Shown one piece after another: positions 1-10,108 of a stretch of 64,000 nucleotides of DNA (position 1 is its first letter; the number at the start of each line of letters is the position of its first letter). Source of the stretch: Actinomycetota bacterium. GTDB lineage: Bacteria > Actinomycetota > Acidimicrobiia > Acidimicrobiales > JAJPHE01. A program made the translations under genes and the position numbers. The stretch spans positions 27,791 through 91,790 of the forward strand of contig JAJPHE010000126.1 of NCBI GenBank assembly GCA_021325435.1. The letters are read 5' to 3'. The notes below the pieces were generated by a model. The model was not told the origin of the DNA, did not search any database, and saw only the letters and a program-made list of their open reading frames with translations.

Positions 1-348
1 CTTGCCCAGCGCCGTCTCCACCGCCCGGGCCTTGGCCCGTACCGACCGGGGCACCCAGTCGATGGAGCGCAGCTCGTCGATGATCGCCCCCTTGATGCGG
101 GCGATGGCGTAGGTCTCGAACTTCACCTTGCGGGTCATGTCGAACTTCTCGATTGCGTCGATAAGCCCGAATATCCCGTAGCTGACCAGGTCGGACTGCT
201 CGATGCTCTGGGGCAGACCAACCGCCACCCGGCCGGCCACGTACTTGACCAGCGGCGAGTAGTGCACGATCAGCCGGTCGCGGGCGTCGCGGGACGCCGA
301 GCTCTTGTACTGCTGCCAAAGCTCTTGTATTGCGTCGCTGGCGTCCAC
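1..348 (-). CDS. whiG: FliA/WhiG-family RNA polymerase sigma factor (5' part; runs off window start)
   Basis: Manual translation, not in the ORF track: [15 protein letters not shown]...[48 protein letters not shown]...[29 protein letters not shown], typical sigma28 region 2. Confidence 0.92.
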   Translation of the reverse strand, partial: MDASDAIQELWQQYKSSASRDARDRLIVHYSPLVKYVAGRVAVGLPQSIEQSDLVSYGIFGLIDAIEKFDMTRKVKFETYAIARIKGAIIDELRSIDWVPRSVRAKARAVETALGK

Positions 349-355
349 GCAGTTC

Positions 356-1246
356 CTAGGCCCGCGGATGGCTGCGTTCGTATACGTGAAGCAGCCTTTC
401 CTTGCTCACGTGAGTGTAGACCTGCGTCGTCTGCAGGCTGGCGTGGCCCAGCAGCTCCTGGACCGCCCGCAGGTCGGCGCCCCCGTCGAGCAGGTGGGTG
501 GCGAACGTGTGGCGCAGGGCGTGGGGATGGGTGGGCGCCGCCGCCGCCCGGTCGAGGACGCGGCGGGCGTCGCGGGGACCGAGCCGCCTGCCCCGCGAGT
601 TGAGGAAGGCAGCGTCGGCGGGGGTCTCGTCCCTGACGAAGTGGGACCGGCCGTGTCGCAACCACCGGTCGGTCGCCTCGGCCGCCGGCACGCTCATGGG
701 AACCTGCCGCTGCTTGGACCCCTTCCCCCAGACCTTGACCAGCCGCCGCTTGAGATCGAGGTCGGCGGGCCGCAGCCCGCAAAGCTCGCTGACCCGCAGC
801 CCGCTTCCGTACAGCAACTCGAGTATCGCCTCGTCGCGCAGGGCCACCGCCGTCTGCCAGGGGTCCCCCGCGACGGCCGGGCGCCTCGCCGGTCCGTCGA
901 GCAGATCCTCCAGCTCGGCCCGGCCCAGAACCCGGGGCAGCCGTCCCTCACCGCGGGGCGCCGACACCCCGACGGTGGGGTCGACGGCGAGGACCCCGGT
1001 CCGGACCAGCCAGTGGAAGTAACGGCGCAGGGAGGCGACCTTGCGGGCCACCGAGCGCCGGGCGTAGCGGCGGGTGCCGAGGAAGGCGAGGTAGCGGCGG
1101 ACCAGCACCCGGGTCACGCCGGCCGGCTCCTCCACCCCCGCCCGCGCCGCCCACTCGGCGAACGATCGGAGGTCGGAGGTGTAGGCGGCGACCGTGGCCG
1201 GCGAGCTCGACGTCAGCGACCGTGCGAACTCGTCGACCCTCCACAC
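356..1246 (-). CDS. xerC: Tyrosine recombinase XerC
   Basis: [43 protein letters not shown] motifs. Start set at GTG 1246, 7 nt after TACGGT (-10). Confidence 0.9.
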   Translation of the reverse strand: MWRVDEFARSLTSSSPATVAAYTSDLRSFAEWAARAGVEEPAGVTRVLVRRYLAFLGTRRYARRSVARKVASLRRYFHWLVRTGVLAVDPTVGVSAPRGEGRLPRVLGRAELEDLLDGPARRPAVAGDPWQTAVALRDEAILELLYGSGLRVSELCGLRPADLDLKRRLVKVWGKGSKQRQVPMSVPAAEATDRWLRHGRSHFVRDETPADAAFLNSRGRRLGPRDARRVLDRAAAAPTHPHALRHTFATHLLDGGADLRAVQELLGHASLQTTQVYTHVSKERLLHVYERSHPRA

Positions 1247-1286
1247 CAGGACCACCGTACGGGACGCCGCCCCGGCCGGCGGCGAC

Positions 1287-2399
1287 CTACCGCCGCTCCC
1301 ACCAGCCCGCGCCCCGCAGGACCCGCCCGGCCGCCTCGAGCCGACCGAGGGCGGCCGCCGCCTCCACCGGGTTCATGCCGGTTCGCCCGAGGACGGTCTC
1401 GAACATGGTGGGGGTGGGGTCCACCGCCCACAGGACCCGGTCGTCGCCGGTCGGCTCCGGTTCCTCCTCAGGGTCGGGGGCCGGCGGCGCCGGGCGTTCG
1501 AGGGCGATGCGGGCCAGCATGTCCTCCACGTCGCGCGCCGGCGCGCACCCGTCGACCAACAGGGCGTTGCACCCTTCCGACGCCGGGCTGGTCACCGGCC
1601 CGGGCACGGCCATCACCGGCTTGCCCCGGGCGATGGCGGCCTCGACCGTGTGCATCGAGCCGCCAACCCGGTGCGACTCGACCACCACCACCACGTCGCC
1701 CAGGGAGGCCAGGATGCGGTTCCGCTCCGGGAACCTCCAGGCGGTGGGCGCCGCCCCCAAGGGAGCCTCGCTGAGCATCACGCCCGTGCGCGTCACCGCT
1801 CGCCAGAGGCCGGCGTTGCCCGCCGGGTAGGGGACGTCGATGCCACTTCCGCCCACGCCGGCGGGCGGACCGGCCTCGGCCGAGAGGGCTCCGCCGTGGG
1901 CGGCGGCATCGATGCCAGCTGCCAACCCCGAGACGACCACCACGCCGGCGGCGGCCAGGCCCCGACCGAGCGTCCAGGCCACCTCAGCGCCGTACCCGGT
2001 GCAGCGGCGGGTCCCCACGACCGTGGCGGTCGGCCCTTCGAGGACCGACACGTCCCCTGCCGCGAACAACACCGCGGGAGCGTGGGCGTCACCGGCGAGC
2101 CGGGCCGGATAGCCCTCGGCCCCGCGCAACAGCACGGTCACGCCCGCGGCCGTGCAGCGACACCAGAGCTCGTCCACGTCCGTGGACCGGGCCGCCGCCC
2201 GCCAGTTGCTCTTGGCCGTGGCGGACAGTTTGTGCAGTGAGGTCAGCCGGTTCACCTGCCGATTGCTGACCAGGTCGGACCAGACCAGGGAGGGCGGGGA
2301 GCCATCGAGCAACAGCCGAAGGGTCCGGGGGTTCATCGACGGCAGACCGAGGAGGGCCGCCCCGTAGGCCTCCTCCGGCAGGTGCCCGACGCCGCTCAC
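1287..2399 (-). CDS. dprA: DNA-processing protein DprA
   Basis: VGTRRCTGYG, VSGLAAGIDAAAH, FPERNRILA motifs; overlaps the comM stop. Confidence 0.93.
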   Translation of the reverse strand: MSGVGHLPEEAYGAALLGLPSMNPRTLRLLLDGSPPSLVWSDLVSNRQVNRLTSLHKLSATAKSNWRAAARSTDVDELWCRCTAAGVTVLLRGAEGYPARLAGDAHAPAVLFAAGDVSVLEGPTATVVGTRRCTGYGAEVAWTLGRGLAAAGVVVVSGLAAGIDAAAHGGALSAEAGPPAGVGGSGIDVPYPAGNAGLWRAVTRTGVMLSEAPLGAAPTAWRFPERNRILASLGDVVVVVESHRVGGSMHTVEAAIARGKPVMAVPGPVTSPASEGCNALLVDGCAPARDVEDMLARIALERPAPPAPDPEEEPEPTGDDRVLWAVDPTPTMFETVLGRTGMNPVEAAAALGRLEAAGRVLRGAGWWERR

Positions 2400-3904
2400 C
2401 GCTCCCCCATCAGCCGCCCGTAGGCGGCCCGCAGCTCGAGGGCGCCGGCGACGTGCTCGGCTCCCACCCGCTCGGCGGCGAATAGGTCGGCGATCGTTCG
2501 GGCGACCCTTCTCAGCCGGTGCAGCCCCCGGGCCGACAGCGACCCCCGCCGGAGCTGACCCTCGAGCGCCCGGGCGGCGTCAGGCTCCAGCGGGGCCACC
2601 CGGTCGAGAGCCGACGCCGGGATGAGGCCGTTGGCCATCACCCCCCGCTCCGCCGCTCGGGCCCTCGCCTCGGCCACCCGTTTGGCGACCACCTCGGTCC
2701 CGTCCCCGTCGGGGGGCCCGAGCAACTCGGCCGGCTCGGGCCGGGTCACCGCCACCCGCAGGTCGAACCGGTCCATGAGGGGCCCCGACAGCCGGCGGGC
2801 GTAACGCTTCCTCATCCCGTCGGTGCACCGGCAGTGCGAGGGGGTCTGGCCCTCGCCGCACGGGCACGGGTTGAGCGCGCCCACCAGCAGGAAGCGAGCC
2901 GGGAAGCTCGCCGACGCCGCCGCCCGGCACACCGTGACGGTTCCCTCCTCCAACGGCTGGCGCAGGCCATCGAGCACGGCCGGAGCGAACTCGGCCATCT
3001 CGTCGAGGAACAGCACGCCGTTGGTGGCGGCGCTGACCTCGCCCGGCCGCATCGAAACCGTGCCACCGCCGATGAGCGAGGCGGCCGAGGCGCCGTGGTG
3101 CGGGGCCCGGAACGGGGGTCGGCTGACCAGGCCGGCCCGGGGCAGGGGAAGTCCGGCCGCCGAATGGATGCGGGAGGTCTCGAGGGCCTCCTGCTGGGTC
3201 AGCTCGGGCAGGAGCCCCGGCAGCCGACGGGCGAGCATCGTCTTGCCCGAGCCCGGGGGCCCGATGAGGAGCAGGTGGTGCCAGCCGGCGGCGGCCACCT
3301 CGAGGGCCCATCGCCCCAGCCGCTGGCCTCGCACATCGGACAGGTCCGGGGCGTCCTCGTCCTCGGGGTCGGCCGGGCGGGCCGGCGGCTTGGGCCAGTC
3401 GCCCTGGCCGGTCAGGGCGTCGAACAGCTCGCGCAAGTTCCGGGCCGGGCGCACCTGGCAGCCGGCTACCAGCGACGCTTCGGGGAACGAGGCCCACGGC
3501 ACCACGGCGGCGTCGACCGGCATGGCGGCCACCAGCGACATGGCTCCGGGCACCCGGCGCAGGCCGCCGTCAAGGCCGAGCTCCCCGACGAACCCGCATC
3601 GCGAGACGCACTCCGGGGGCAGCTGGCCGATCGCCGCCAACAATCCGACGGCGATGGGGAGGTCGAGGCCGGACCCGGCCTTGCGCACCCCCGAGGGCGC
3701 CAGGTTGACCGTCACCCGCTTGACCGGCCAGGACAGGCCGCTCGACAGCAGAGCCGCCCTCACCCGGTCTCGCGACTCACGGCAGGCGGCATCGGGCAGG
3801 CCGACGACGGTGAAGCCGGGCAGGCCGTTGGAAACGTGGACCTCTACTCGGACCGGGGTTCCTTCGACCCCGTTCAGGATTGCCGAGAAGACGCTGGCGA
3901 TCAT
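2396..3904 (-). CDS. comM: YifB/ComM family Mg-chelatase-like AAA+ ATPase
   Basis: VGLPDAACRESRDRVRAAL, GPPGSGKT, PGEVSAATNGVLFLDE, NPCPCG. Confidence 0.93.
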   Translation of the reverse strand: MIASVFSAILNGVEGTPVRVEVHVSNGLPGFTVVGLPDAACRESRDRVRAALLSSGLSWPVKRVTVNLAPSGVRKAGSGLDLPIAVGLLAAIGQLPPECVSRCGFVGELGLDGGLRRVPGAMSLVAAMPVDAAVVPWASFPEASLVAGCQVRPARNLRELFDALTGQGDWPKPPARPADPEDEDAPDLSDVRGQRLGRWALEVAAAGWHHLLLIGPPGSGKTMLARRLPGLLPELTQQEALETSRIHSAAGLPLPRAGLVSRPPFRAPHHGASAASLIGGGTVSMRPGEVSAATNGVLFLDEMAEFAPAVLDGLRQPLEEGTVTVCRAAASASFPARFLLVGALNPCPCGEGQTPSHCRCTDGMRKRYARRLSGPLMDRFDLRVAVTRPEPAELLGPPDGDGTEVVAKRVAEARARAAERGVMANGLIPASALDRVAPLEPDAARALEGQLRRGSLSARGLHRLRRVARTIADLFAAERVGAEHVAGALELRAAYGRLMGER

Positions 3905-3970
3905 GGGACTCCTCCCGCGACGAAACGGACTTACTTGGGGAGGAGGCGCCCTTCTCCGAGGCTTGCCCTC

Positions 3971-3992
3971 AGCCTACGGAGGGGCTGTGACA
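3971..3992 (-). promoter_or_regulatory. PafBC/RecA-NDp-type DNA-damage promoter upstream of comM-dprA
   Basis: Minus strand reads TGTC-ACAGCCCCTCCG-TAGGCT (TGTC-N12-TANNNT). Confidence 0.6.
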
Positions 3993-3999
3993 GCGAGGC

Positions 4000-4770
4000 T
4001 CAGCGGCCCTGATAGCGAGGCTCCCGCTTCTCGATGAAGGCGGTCATGGCCTCGGTCGTGTCGGCGGTGGTGAAGTTGACCGCCTGGCAGCGGGCCTCGT
4101 TCTCCAGCGCCTCGTCCATCGACACGGAGAACGAGCCGTTGAGCAGCGTCTTGGTCATCGACAGCGCCAGGGGCGGCCCGGCGGCCAGCCGGCGGGCCCA
4201 GTCAGCGACGAACTCGTCGATCTCGCCGCTGGCCACGACCCGGTTCACGAGGCCGAGCTCGGCGGCCTGCTCGGCCGAGAGGATGTCGGCGAAGAAGGCC
4301 AGCTCCTTGGCCCGGTGCAGGCCGATGAGCCGGGGCAGGACCCACGACCCGCCGAAGTCGATGGTCAGGCCCCGGCGAGCGAAGATCTCGCTGAATCGAG
4401 CCTGCTCTGAAGCGACCACCAGGTCGCATCCCAGCGCCAGGTTGCAGCCGGCGCCGGCGGCCACGCCCGTCACCTTGGCGATGGTGGGCTTGGGCACCCG
4501 GTGCAACGCCAGGGCCACGTCGGCGACGTGGCGCATCCGCACCAGCTGGTGGCTGCTGGTCGCCCGGGGGTCGGTGAGGTCGGCGCCCGAGCAGAAGGCC
4601 CCGCCGGCTCCGGTCACCACCACCACCCGGTCGTCGGTGCGGTCGGCCACCTCCTCGAAGGTCTCGAGCAGGTCGTCCCACATCTGGGTGTTGATGGCGT
4701 TCTTCTTGTCGGGCCGGTTGAGCGTGACCGTCACCACGCCCTGGTCCCGCTCGACCAGCAGGGTCTCCAT
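4000..4770 (-). CDS. Enoyl-CoA hydratase/isomerase family protein
   Basis: TLNRPDKKNAI, AFCSGADL, GAGCNLALGCD, FIEKREPRYQG. Confidence 0.9.
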   Translation of the reverse strand: METLLVERDQGVVTVTLNRPDKKNAINTQMWDDLLETFEEVADRTDDRVVVVTGAGGAFCSGADLTDPRATSSHQLVRMRHVADVALALHRVPKPTIAKVTGVAAGAGCNLALGCDLVVASEQARFSEIFARRGLTIDFGGSWVLPRLIGLHRAKELAFFADILSAEQAAELGLVNRVVASGEIDEFVADWARRLAAGPPLALSMTKTLLNGSFSVSMDEALENEARCQAVNFTTADTTEAMTAFIEKREPRYQGR

Positions 4771-5024
4771 GGTGCGGACCTTATCCAGGCCCGTTGGCGC
4801 GAGCCGCTGGCCGGGCTTGCGTCACGGACCGTCGCCGGCGTTTATCGCCGATGGACCGGAGGGGCGGGCGGGCTGAAAAAAACAGTGTCCCGAATCCGGA
4901 CAAACGTGTCGACCACGCCACCACCTTTGCCAATGATGGTTGACACAATTTTTTTGACGCGCGCCGGGAGCCCGTCCGTCAACGCATGTTCACGCAAGTG
5001 ACGGGCGGCGGAGGCGCCGAGAGC

Positions 5025-5378
5025 TCAGAAGGCGTTCTCGACCACTTCCACCTGCCCGCCCAACACCGCGGCGACGTCGAAGCGGATCGGGCCGGGCCCG
5101 GAGCCCCCGGCCTGCTCGAGCCACGTGGCGGCCAGGCGCCGCAGGCGGGCCTGCTTGGTCGGCGTCACCGCCTCCAGCGGAGATCCGAAGGCGTCGGAGG
5201 TGCGGGCCTTGACCTCGCAGAAGACCAGTAGCCGGCCGCGGCGGGCGATGAGGTCTATCTCGCCGTGACGGCAACGCCAGTTCCGGGCGACCACCTCGTA
5301 GCCGTGCTCCTGGTACCAGCCGGCGGCGGCCTCTTCTCCCGCCGACCAGACCGACCGGCGACCGGAGGCACCGGTCAA
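5025..5378 (-). CDS. yraN: YraN family endonuclease
   Basis: ARNWRCRHGEIDLIA, FCEVKAR, IRFDVAAV. Confidence 0.9.
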   Translation of the reverse strand: MTGASGRRSVWSAGEEAAAGWYQEHGYEVVARNWRCRHGEIDLIARRGRLLVFCEVKARTSDAFGSPLEAVTPTKQARLRRLAATWLEQAGGSGPGPIRFDVAAVLGGQVEVVENAF

Positions 5379-5380
5379 GC

Positions 5381-5674
5381 TCAGAGGTCCTTTTCGGGGA
5401 TCTCCTCGACGTTGACGTCCTTGAAGGTGACTACCTTCACGGAGGAGACGAAGCGGGCGGGCCGGTACATGTCCCAGACCCAGGCGTCGCGCAGCTCGAT
5501 CTCGAAGTACGTCCGGCCACCCTCGTTGCGGGGGTCCATCCGGACCTCGTTGGCGAGGTAGAAGCGCCTCTCGGTCTCGACGACGTACTTGAACATCGGG
5601 AGGACGGCTCGATACTCCTGATAGAGCTGGAGCTCGATCTCCGTCTCGTACCGCTCGAGGTCCTCAGCGCTCAT
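5381..5674 (-). CDS. DUF2469 family protein
   Basis: MSAEDLERYETEIELQLYQEY...DAWVWDMYRPARFV, conserved actinobacterial protein; true start at ATG 5674. Confidence 0.9.
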   Translation of the reverse strand: MSAEDLERYETEIELQLYQEYRAVLPMFKYVVETERRFYLANEVRMDPRNEGGRTYFEIELRDAWVWDMYRPARFVSSVKVVTFKDVNVEEIPEKDL

Positions 5675-5778
5675 GAGTACCCACCTCGTCCACTGTAGGG
5701 CCCGGGGCCAGGCCTCGTCGTCAACGCTCGGCCCGGCCGAGCCGCCCCGATCGGGCCGCCGGCGGGCGTCGCACCAGG

Positions 5779-6459
5779 TCAGAGGAACGACGCATCGTGG
5801 GGCGGCCACACCCGGAAGTCCGCCCGGCCGACCACGGACGACTGGGTGATGGCGCCCTCCGGGAAGCAGCGGCTGTCGCAGGAGTCGCCCCGGTTGTCCC
5901 CCAGCACCCACAGATGGCCGGCGGGCACCACCACCGGGCCGAAGTCGCTGGTCAGCACCTGGGGGGCGAGGTAGGGCTCGACCAGCAGGTGGCCGTTGAC
6001 GTACACGTGGCCGCCCCGGGCCTCGACCGTGTCACCCGGAAGGCCGATCACCCGCTTGATGTAGTCCTCGGTGGAGGGGGTCACCACGCCCACCGCCTCG
6101 CCGGCGTCGCGGATCCAGCGCACCACGAGGGGCAGGGGCCGGGGCTGGACCGGCTGCTGGCTCGGCGGAGCCCGGAACACGATGATGTCGCCCCGCCGGG
6201 GGGCGTGCAGGTCGTAGGCGATCTTGGACACGACGACCCGGTCGTTGATCATGAGCTGGGGGATCATCGACCCCGACGGGATGTAGAAGGCCTGGGCGAT
6301 GAAGGTCTTCACCAGCACGGCGATCACCACGGCGATGGCCAGCAGGGTGAGGCCCTCGCGCGCCACGGCGGTGCCCGAGGTCTCGGTGAGCGAGCCCTCG
6401 GTGCCGGGGAGGGGGGGGAGGCCGGGCTCGTGAGGCGGCCGCCGGCGCCGGCCGGTCAC
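5779..6459 (-). CDS. lepB: Signal peptidase I
   Basis: TM segment, FYIPSGSM, YIKRVIGLPGD, GDNRGDSCDSR; start uncertain. Confidence 0.92.
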   Translation of the reverse strand: MTGRRRRPPHEPGLPPLPGTEGSLTETSGTAVAREGLTLLAIAVVIAVLVKTFIAQAFYIPSGSMIPQLMINDRVVVSKIAYDLHAPRRGDIIVFRAPPSQQPVQPRPLPLVVRWIRDAGEAVGVVTPSTEDYIKRVIGLPGDTVEARGGHVYVNGHLLVEPYLAPQVLTSDFGPVVVPAGHLWVLGDNRGDSCDSRCFPEGAITQSSVVGRADFRVWPPHDASFL

Positions 6460-6491
6460 CGTCCCGGCGAGGGGGGGCAACCGGGTGGCGG

Positions 6492-6842
6492 TCAGCGGAC
6501 CTGGCGCTTCTCTTTGATCTTGGCCGCCTTGCCGATCCGGTCGCGCAGGTAATACAGCTTCGCCCGCCGCACGTCGCCCACGGTCACCGGCTCGATCTTG
6601 GCGATGATCGGCGAATGGACGGGGAAGGTCCGCTCCACGCCCACCCCGAAGCTGACCTTGCGGACGGTGAAGGTCTCGCGCACGCCTGAGCCCTGGCGGC
6701 GGATGACCGCCCCCTGGAACACCTGGATCCGCTCGCGGTTTCCCTCGACCACCCTGACGTGCACCTTCAGGGTGTCGCCGGGGCCGAATTCCGGGATGTC
6801 CTCACGCAGGCTGTCGCGGTCGACGAGGTCGGTCGGGTTCAT
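6492..6842 (-). CDS. rplS: 50S ribosomal protein L19
   Basis: [29 protein letters not shown]. Confidence 0.97.
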   Translation of the reverse strand: MNPTDLVDRDSLREDIPEFGPGDTLKVHVRVVEGNRERIQVFQGAVIRRQGSGVRETFTVRKVSFGVGVERTFPVHSPIIAKIEPVTVGDVRRAKLYYLRDRIGKAAKIKEKRQVR

Positions 6843-7615
6843 GGCGCGGAAGGCTCCTCGGAGTCGCCAGGGAGAAGCTCAGAATAGCCGTGCTCGGAGA
6901 GCAGCCGCACCTCGTCATCTCGCAGCCCGCCTCGGGCGGCGATGAGGTCGGGGCGCCGGCGGAGGGTGAGGGCCAGGGCCTGCGCCTTGCGCCAGCGCTC
7001 CACCTTGCCGTGGTCTCCCGAGCGGAGGATCTCGGGGACCTCCCAGCCCCGGAAGTCGGCGGGGCGGGTGTAGTGGGGGTACTCGAGCAGGCCGTCGGAG
7101 AAGCTCTCCTCCTCGGCCGACGCCTCGTTGCCCATGACCCCGGGGACGAGCCGGGCCACGGCCTCGACCACGACCACCGCGGCCGCCTCCCCGCCGGCCA
7201 GGACGTAGTCGCCGACCGAGAGCTCCTCGTCGACGAGGTGGTCGACGATCCGGTGGTCCACCCCCTCGTAGCGTCCGCAGAGCACGGAGAAGCCGCCCGA
7301 CCGGCTCGAGCGCAGACCGGCCAGCCGTTGGGCCTCGGCCTGGTCGAAACGGCGGCCGGCGGGGCTCATGAGGATCAGCGGCCGGGGCGGGTCGACCCGC
7401 TCCACGGTGGCGAACACCGGCTCGGGGGCCAGCACCATGCCGGCCCCTCCTCCGAAGGGGGAGTCGTCCACCGAGCGGTGCGGGTCGACGGCGGCCGAGC
7501 GCAGGTCGTGGACCCGCAGGTCGAGCAACCCTTGGCGGCGGGCCTTGCCGATCAGGCTGTGGCCGAGCCACGCCTCCACCATGTCGGGGAAGACGGTGAT
7601 GACGTCGATGCGCAC
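6839..7615 (-). CDS. trmD: tRNA (guanine-N1)-methyltransferase TrmD
   Basis: [41 protein letters not shown]. Confidence 0.95.
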   Translation of the reverse strand: MRIDVITVFPDMVEAWLGHSLIGKARRQGLLDLRVHDLRSAAVDPHRSVDDSPFGGGAGMVLAPEPVFATVERVDPPRPLILMSPAGRRFDQAEAQRLAGLRSSRSGGFSVLCGRYEGVDHRIVDHLVDEELSVGDYVLAGGEAAAVVVVEAVARLVPGVMGNEASAEEESFSDGLLEYPHYTRPADFRGWEVPEILRSGDHGKVERWRKAQALALTLRRRPDLIAARGGLRDDEVRLLSEHGYSELLPGDSEEPSAP

Positions 7616-7625
7616 GGCGTCACCC

Positions 7626-8084
7626 TCAGTCGAGCAGCCCGGTGGGAAGGTCGGCCACGACCACGCCGGGCCGGTGCTCGACGACGAAGCGCAGCGGCAC
7701 CAGGCCGCCGCCGTCGAGGACGAGCAGGTCGCTGGCCGGGTTGGCCTGGACGGCCACCACCGTGCCGTGGTCGGCACCGTCCGGCTCGACGAGACGGCAC
7801 CCGATCAGCTCATGGACCCAGAGCTCCCCGGGGTCCTCCACGGGCTCGGCGCTGAGGATGAGGTCGCGCAGCGCCTCGGACCCCTCCCGTCCTTCGACTC
7901 CGGCGAAGGTCACGATCCACCGGTGCTGGTGGGGCGAGGAGGCGAGAACCTCGAGCTCGACGTCCCCGGCGTAGAGGCGGCTGCCCGGGTCGAGCCGTTC
8001 GGTCCGGTTGGTGGTCAGCTCGACCACCACCTCTCCCCTAAGGCCGTGGGGCTTGACGATCCGGCCGACCTCCAGCCGGCTCAC
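7626..8084 (-). CDS. rimM: Ribosome maturation factor RimM
   Basis: VGRIVKPHGLRGEV, ANPASDLL; synteny. Confidence 0.9.
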   Translation of the reverse strand: MSRLEVGRIVKPHGLRGEVVVELTTNRTERLDPGSRLYAGDVELEVLASSPHQHRWIVTFAGVEGREGSEALRDLILSAEPVEDPGELWVHELIGCRLVEPDGADHGTVVAVQANPASDLLVLDGGGLVPLRFVVEHRPGVVVADLPTGLLD

Positions 8085-8088
8085 CGGA

Positions 8089-8388
8089 TCAGTCGACGAT
8101 GTCGACCTGGACGTCGACCCGGTCGCGGGCGCCGGCGGCCCGGACCACCGCCCGCAGGGCCTGAGCGACCCGGCCCCGACGTCCGATGACCTTTCCCATG
8201 TCGTCGGGGGCGACGTGTAGGCGCAGGGTGGTGCCGTAGCGGGCCTCCTCGGTCTCGACCACCACCGAGTCGGGATCGTCGACGATCGAGCGGGCCACGT
8301 AATCGAGCACCGAACGGGATACGGCGGCCGGCACCCGGTTGCCAGCCATGTCGTCGACCTGCTCGTCGTCGTAGTTGGGATCACTCAC
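8089..8388 (-). CDS. khpA: KH-domain RNA-binding protein (KhpA/YlqC family)
   Basis: [18 protein letters not shown], between rpsP and rimM. Confidence 0.9.
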   Translation of the reverse strand: MSDPNYDDEQVDDMAGNRVPAAVSRSVLDYVARSIVDDPDSVVVETEEARYGTTLRLHVAPDDMGKVIGRRGRVAQALRAVVRAAGARDRVDVQVDIVD

Positions 8389-8657
8389 GACGTGGCGCCT
8401 CCCGACTTGAACGTGTCCCAGGCGCCGGAGAGCCGGAGCAGCTTCTGCACCGTCTCGGTGGGCTGGGCGCCCTTCGACAGCCACTGCACGGCCCGGTCGT
8501 TGTCGATCTTGACCACCGACGGCTCGGCCCGCGGCTCGTAGGTGCCGAGAATCTCGATGAACCGGCCGTCGCGCGGCGAACGGCTGTCGGCCGCCACGAC
8601 CCGATAGGTCGGCTGCTTCTTCTTTCCCATCCGCATCAGGCGGAGCTTCACTGCCAC
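8385..8657 (-). CDS. rpsP: 30S ribosomal protein S16
   Basis: [34 protein letters not shown]. Confidence 0.97.
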   Translation of the reverse strand: MAVKLRLMRMGKKKQPTYRVVAADSRSPRDGRFIEILGTYEPRAEPSVVKIDNDRAVQWLSKGAQPTETVQKLLRLSGAWDTFKSGGATS

Positions 8658-8680
8658 TTCAGTTGGTCCTTTCGTCGTGT

Positions 8681-10045
8681 TCAGCGCCGCCGCTGCGGGC
8701 CGAGCCCCGCTGGCGTCACCCGGCCCCGTTTGGCCTTCTTCGCCTTCTTGTTGGAGATCTTGGCGCTGAGGCCCATGGCCTGCATCATGCGCTGCATCTC
8801 ACGGAACTGCTTGAGCAGCAGGTTGACCTCGGAGGTGGTGCTGCCGCTGCCGTTGGCGATCCGCAACCGGCGGGAGCCGTTGATGAGCGACGGGTCCCGC
8901 CGCTCCTCGGGGGTCATCGAGTGGATGATCGCCTCCACCCGGGTGAGCTCGCGCTCGTCGATCTTGGCGTTCTTGATCTCCTTGGGGATGCCCGGCAGCA
9001 TCCCGACGATGCTCTGCAGCGGGCCCATCTTCTTGATCTGCTGCATCTGCTCGAGGAAGTCCTCGAGGGTGAAGCGGCCCTCCTGCAGGGCGGCCGCCGC
9101 CTTGGCCGCCACCTCCTCGTCATAGGTCTGCTCGGCCTTCTCGATCAGGGTGAGGACGTCGCCCATCCCGAGGATGCGGCTGGCCATCCGGTCGGGGTGG
9201 AAGGTGTCGAAGTCGTCGAGCTTCTCGCCGGTGGAGGCGAAGGCGACGGGCCGGCCCACCACCTCCTTGACCGACAGGGCGGCGCCGCCCCGGGCGTCGC
9301 CGTCGAGCTTGGTGAGGATCACGCCGTCGAGGGCGAGGGCGGCGTGGAACGCCTCGGCCGTGGTCACCGACTCCTGGCCGATCATGGCGTCGATGACGAG
9401 GAAGGTGTAGTGGGGCGAGGTCGATTCCGAGATCCGCCGGACCTCGCCCATCAGCTCGTGGTCGACGGTGAGGCGCCCGGCGGTGTCGATGATGAGCACG
9501 TCGCGGCCGGTCCGCTCCGCCTCGGCCTTGCCGGCGACGGAGACGGCAACCGGGTCGGTGGTCTCGCTGAAGACGGGCACCCCAGCCTGGGACCCGAGGA
9601 CCCGCAGCTGCACGACGGCAGCCGGTCGTTGCAGGTCGGCGCCGACGAGCAGGGGGTTGCGGCCCTGCTGGCGGAACCAGCGGCCGAGCTTGGCCGCGGC
9701 GGTTGTCTTACCCGCTCCCTGCAGGCCGGCGAGCAGGACCACGGTCGGAGGCTTCGACGCGTAGGTGACGCGCAGGGGCTCGCCGCCGAGTACGCCGATG
9801 AGCTCCTCGTGGACGGCCTTGATGACCTGCTGGGAGGGGCTCAGGCTTTTCGAGAGCTCGGCCCCGACGGTCCGCTCTCGAATTCGGGTTATCAGACCCC
9901 GGACGACCTGGAAGTTGACGTCCGCTTCGAGCAGGGCGACGCGGATCTCGCGCAGCGCCTCGTCGACGTCGGCCTCGTCCAGGCGGCCGCGGCCACGCAG
10001 ACGGGTGAAGATCCCCTCAAGCCGCTCCGATAGAGACTCGAACAT
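8681..10045 (-). CDS. ffh: Signal recognition particle protein Ffh
   Basis: [25 protein letters not shown] domain. Confidence 0.97.
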   Translation of the reverse strand: MFESLSERLEGIFTRLRGRGRLDEADVDEALREIRVALLEADVNFQVVRGLITRIRERTVGAELSKSLSPSQQVIKAVHEELIGVLGGEPLRVTYASKPPTVVLLAGLQGAGKTTAAAKLGRWFRQQGRNPLLVGADLQRPAAVVQLRVLGSQAGVPVFSETTDPVAVSVAGKAEAERTGRDVLIIDTAGRLTVDHELMGEVRRISESTSPHYTFLVIDAMIGQESVTTAEAFHAALALDGVILTKLDGDARGGAALSVKEVVGRPVAFASTGEKLDDFDTFHPDRMASRILGMGDVLTLIEKAEQTYDEEVAAKAAAALQEGRFTLEDFLEQMQQIKKMGPLQSIVGMLPGIPKEIKNAKIDERELTRVEAIIHSMTPEERRDPSLINGSRRLRIANGSGSTTSEVNLLLKQFREMQRMMQAMGLSAKISNKKAKKAKRGRVTPAGLGPQRRR

Positions 10046-10108
10046 GCGGCGTCCCAGGCTACTGGAGACCCGCTGGGCCCATTAGCGGGGGCTGCAGGGC
10101 GGGACGCC

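Noticed and set aside
356-1255. Phage or island integrase
   Set aside because: Housekeeping XerC motifs and dprA synteny; no mobile cargo
4940-4945. TTGACA as a -35 box
   Set aside because: No -10 at 16-18 nt and no plus-strand gene downstream
4938-4965. dif site (minus strand GGCGCGCGTCA-AAAAAA-TTGTGTCAACC) near xerC
   Set aside because: About 8/11 match per arm, but the most conserved inner ATAA/TTAT positions deviate; not called as a feature
4979-4992. LexA box (CAAC-GCAT-GTTC)
   Set aside because: Single imperfect match, far from any promoter of a repair gene
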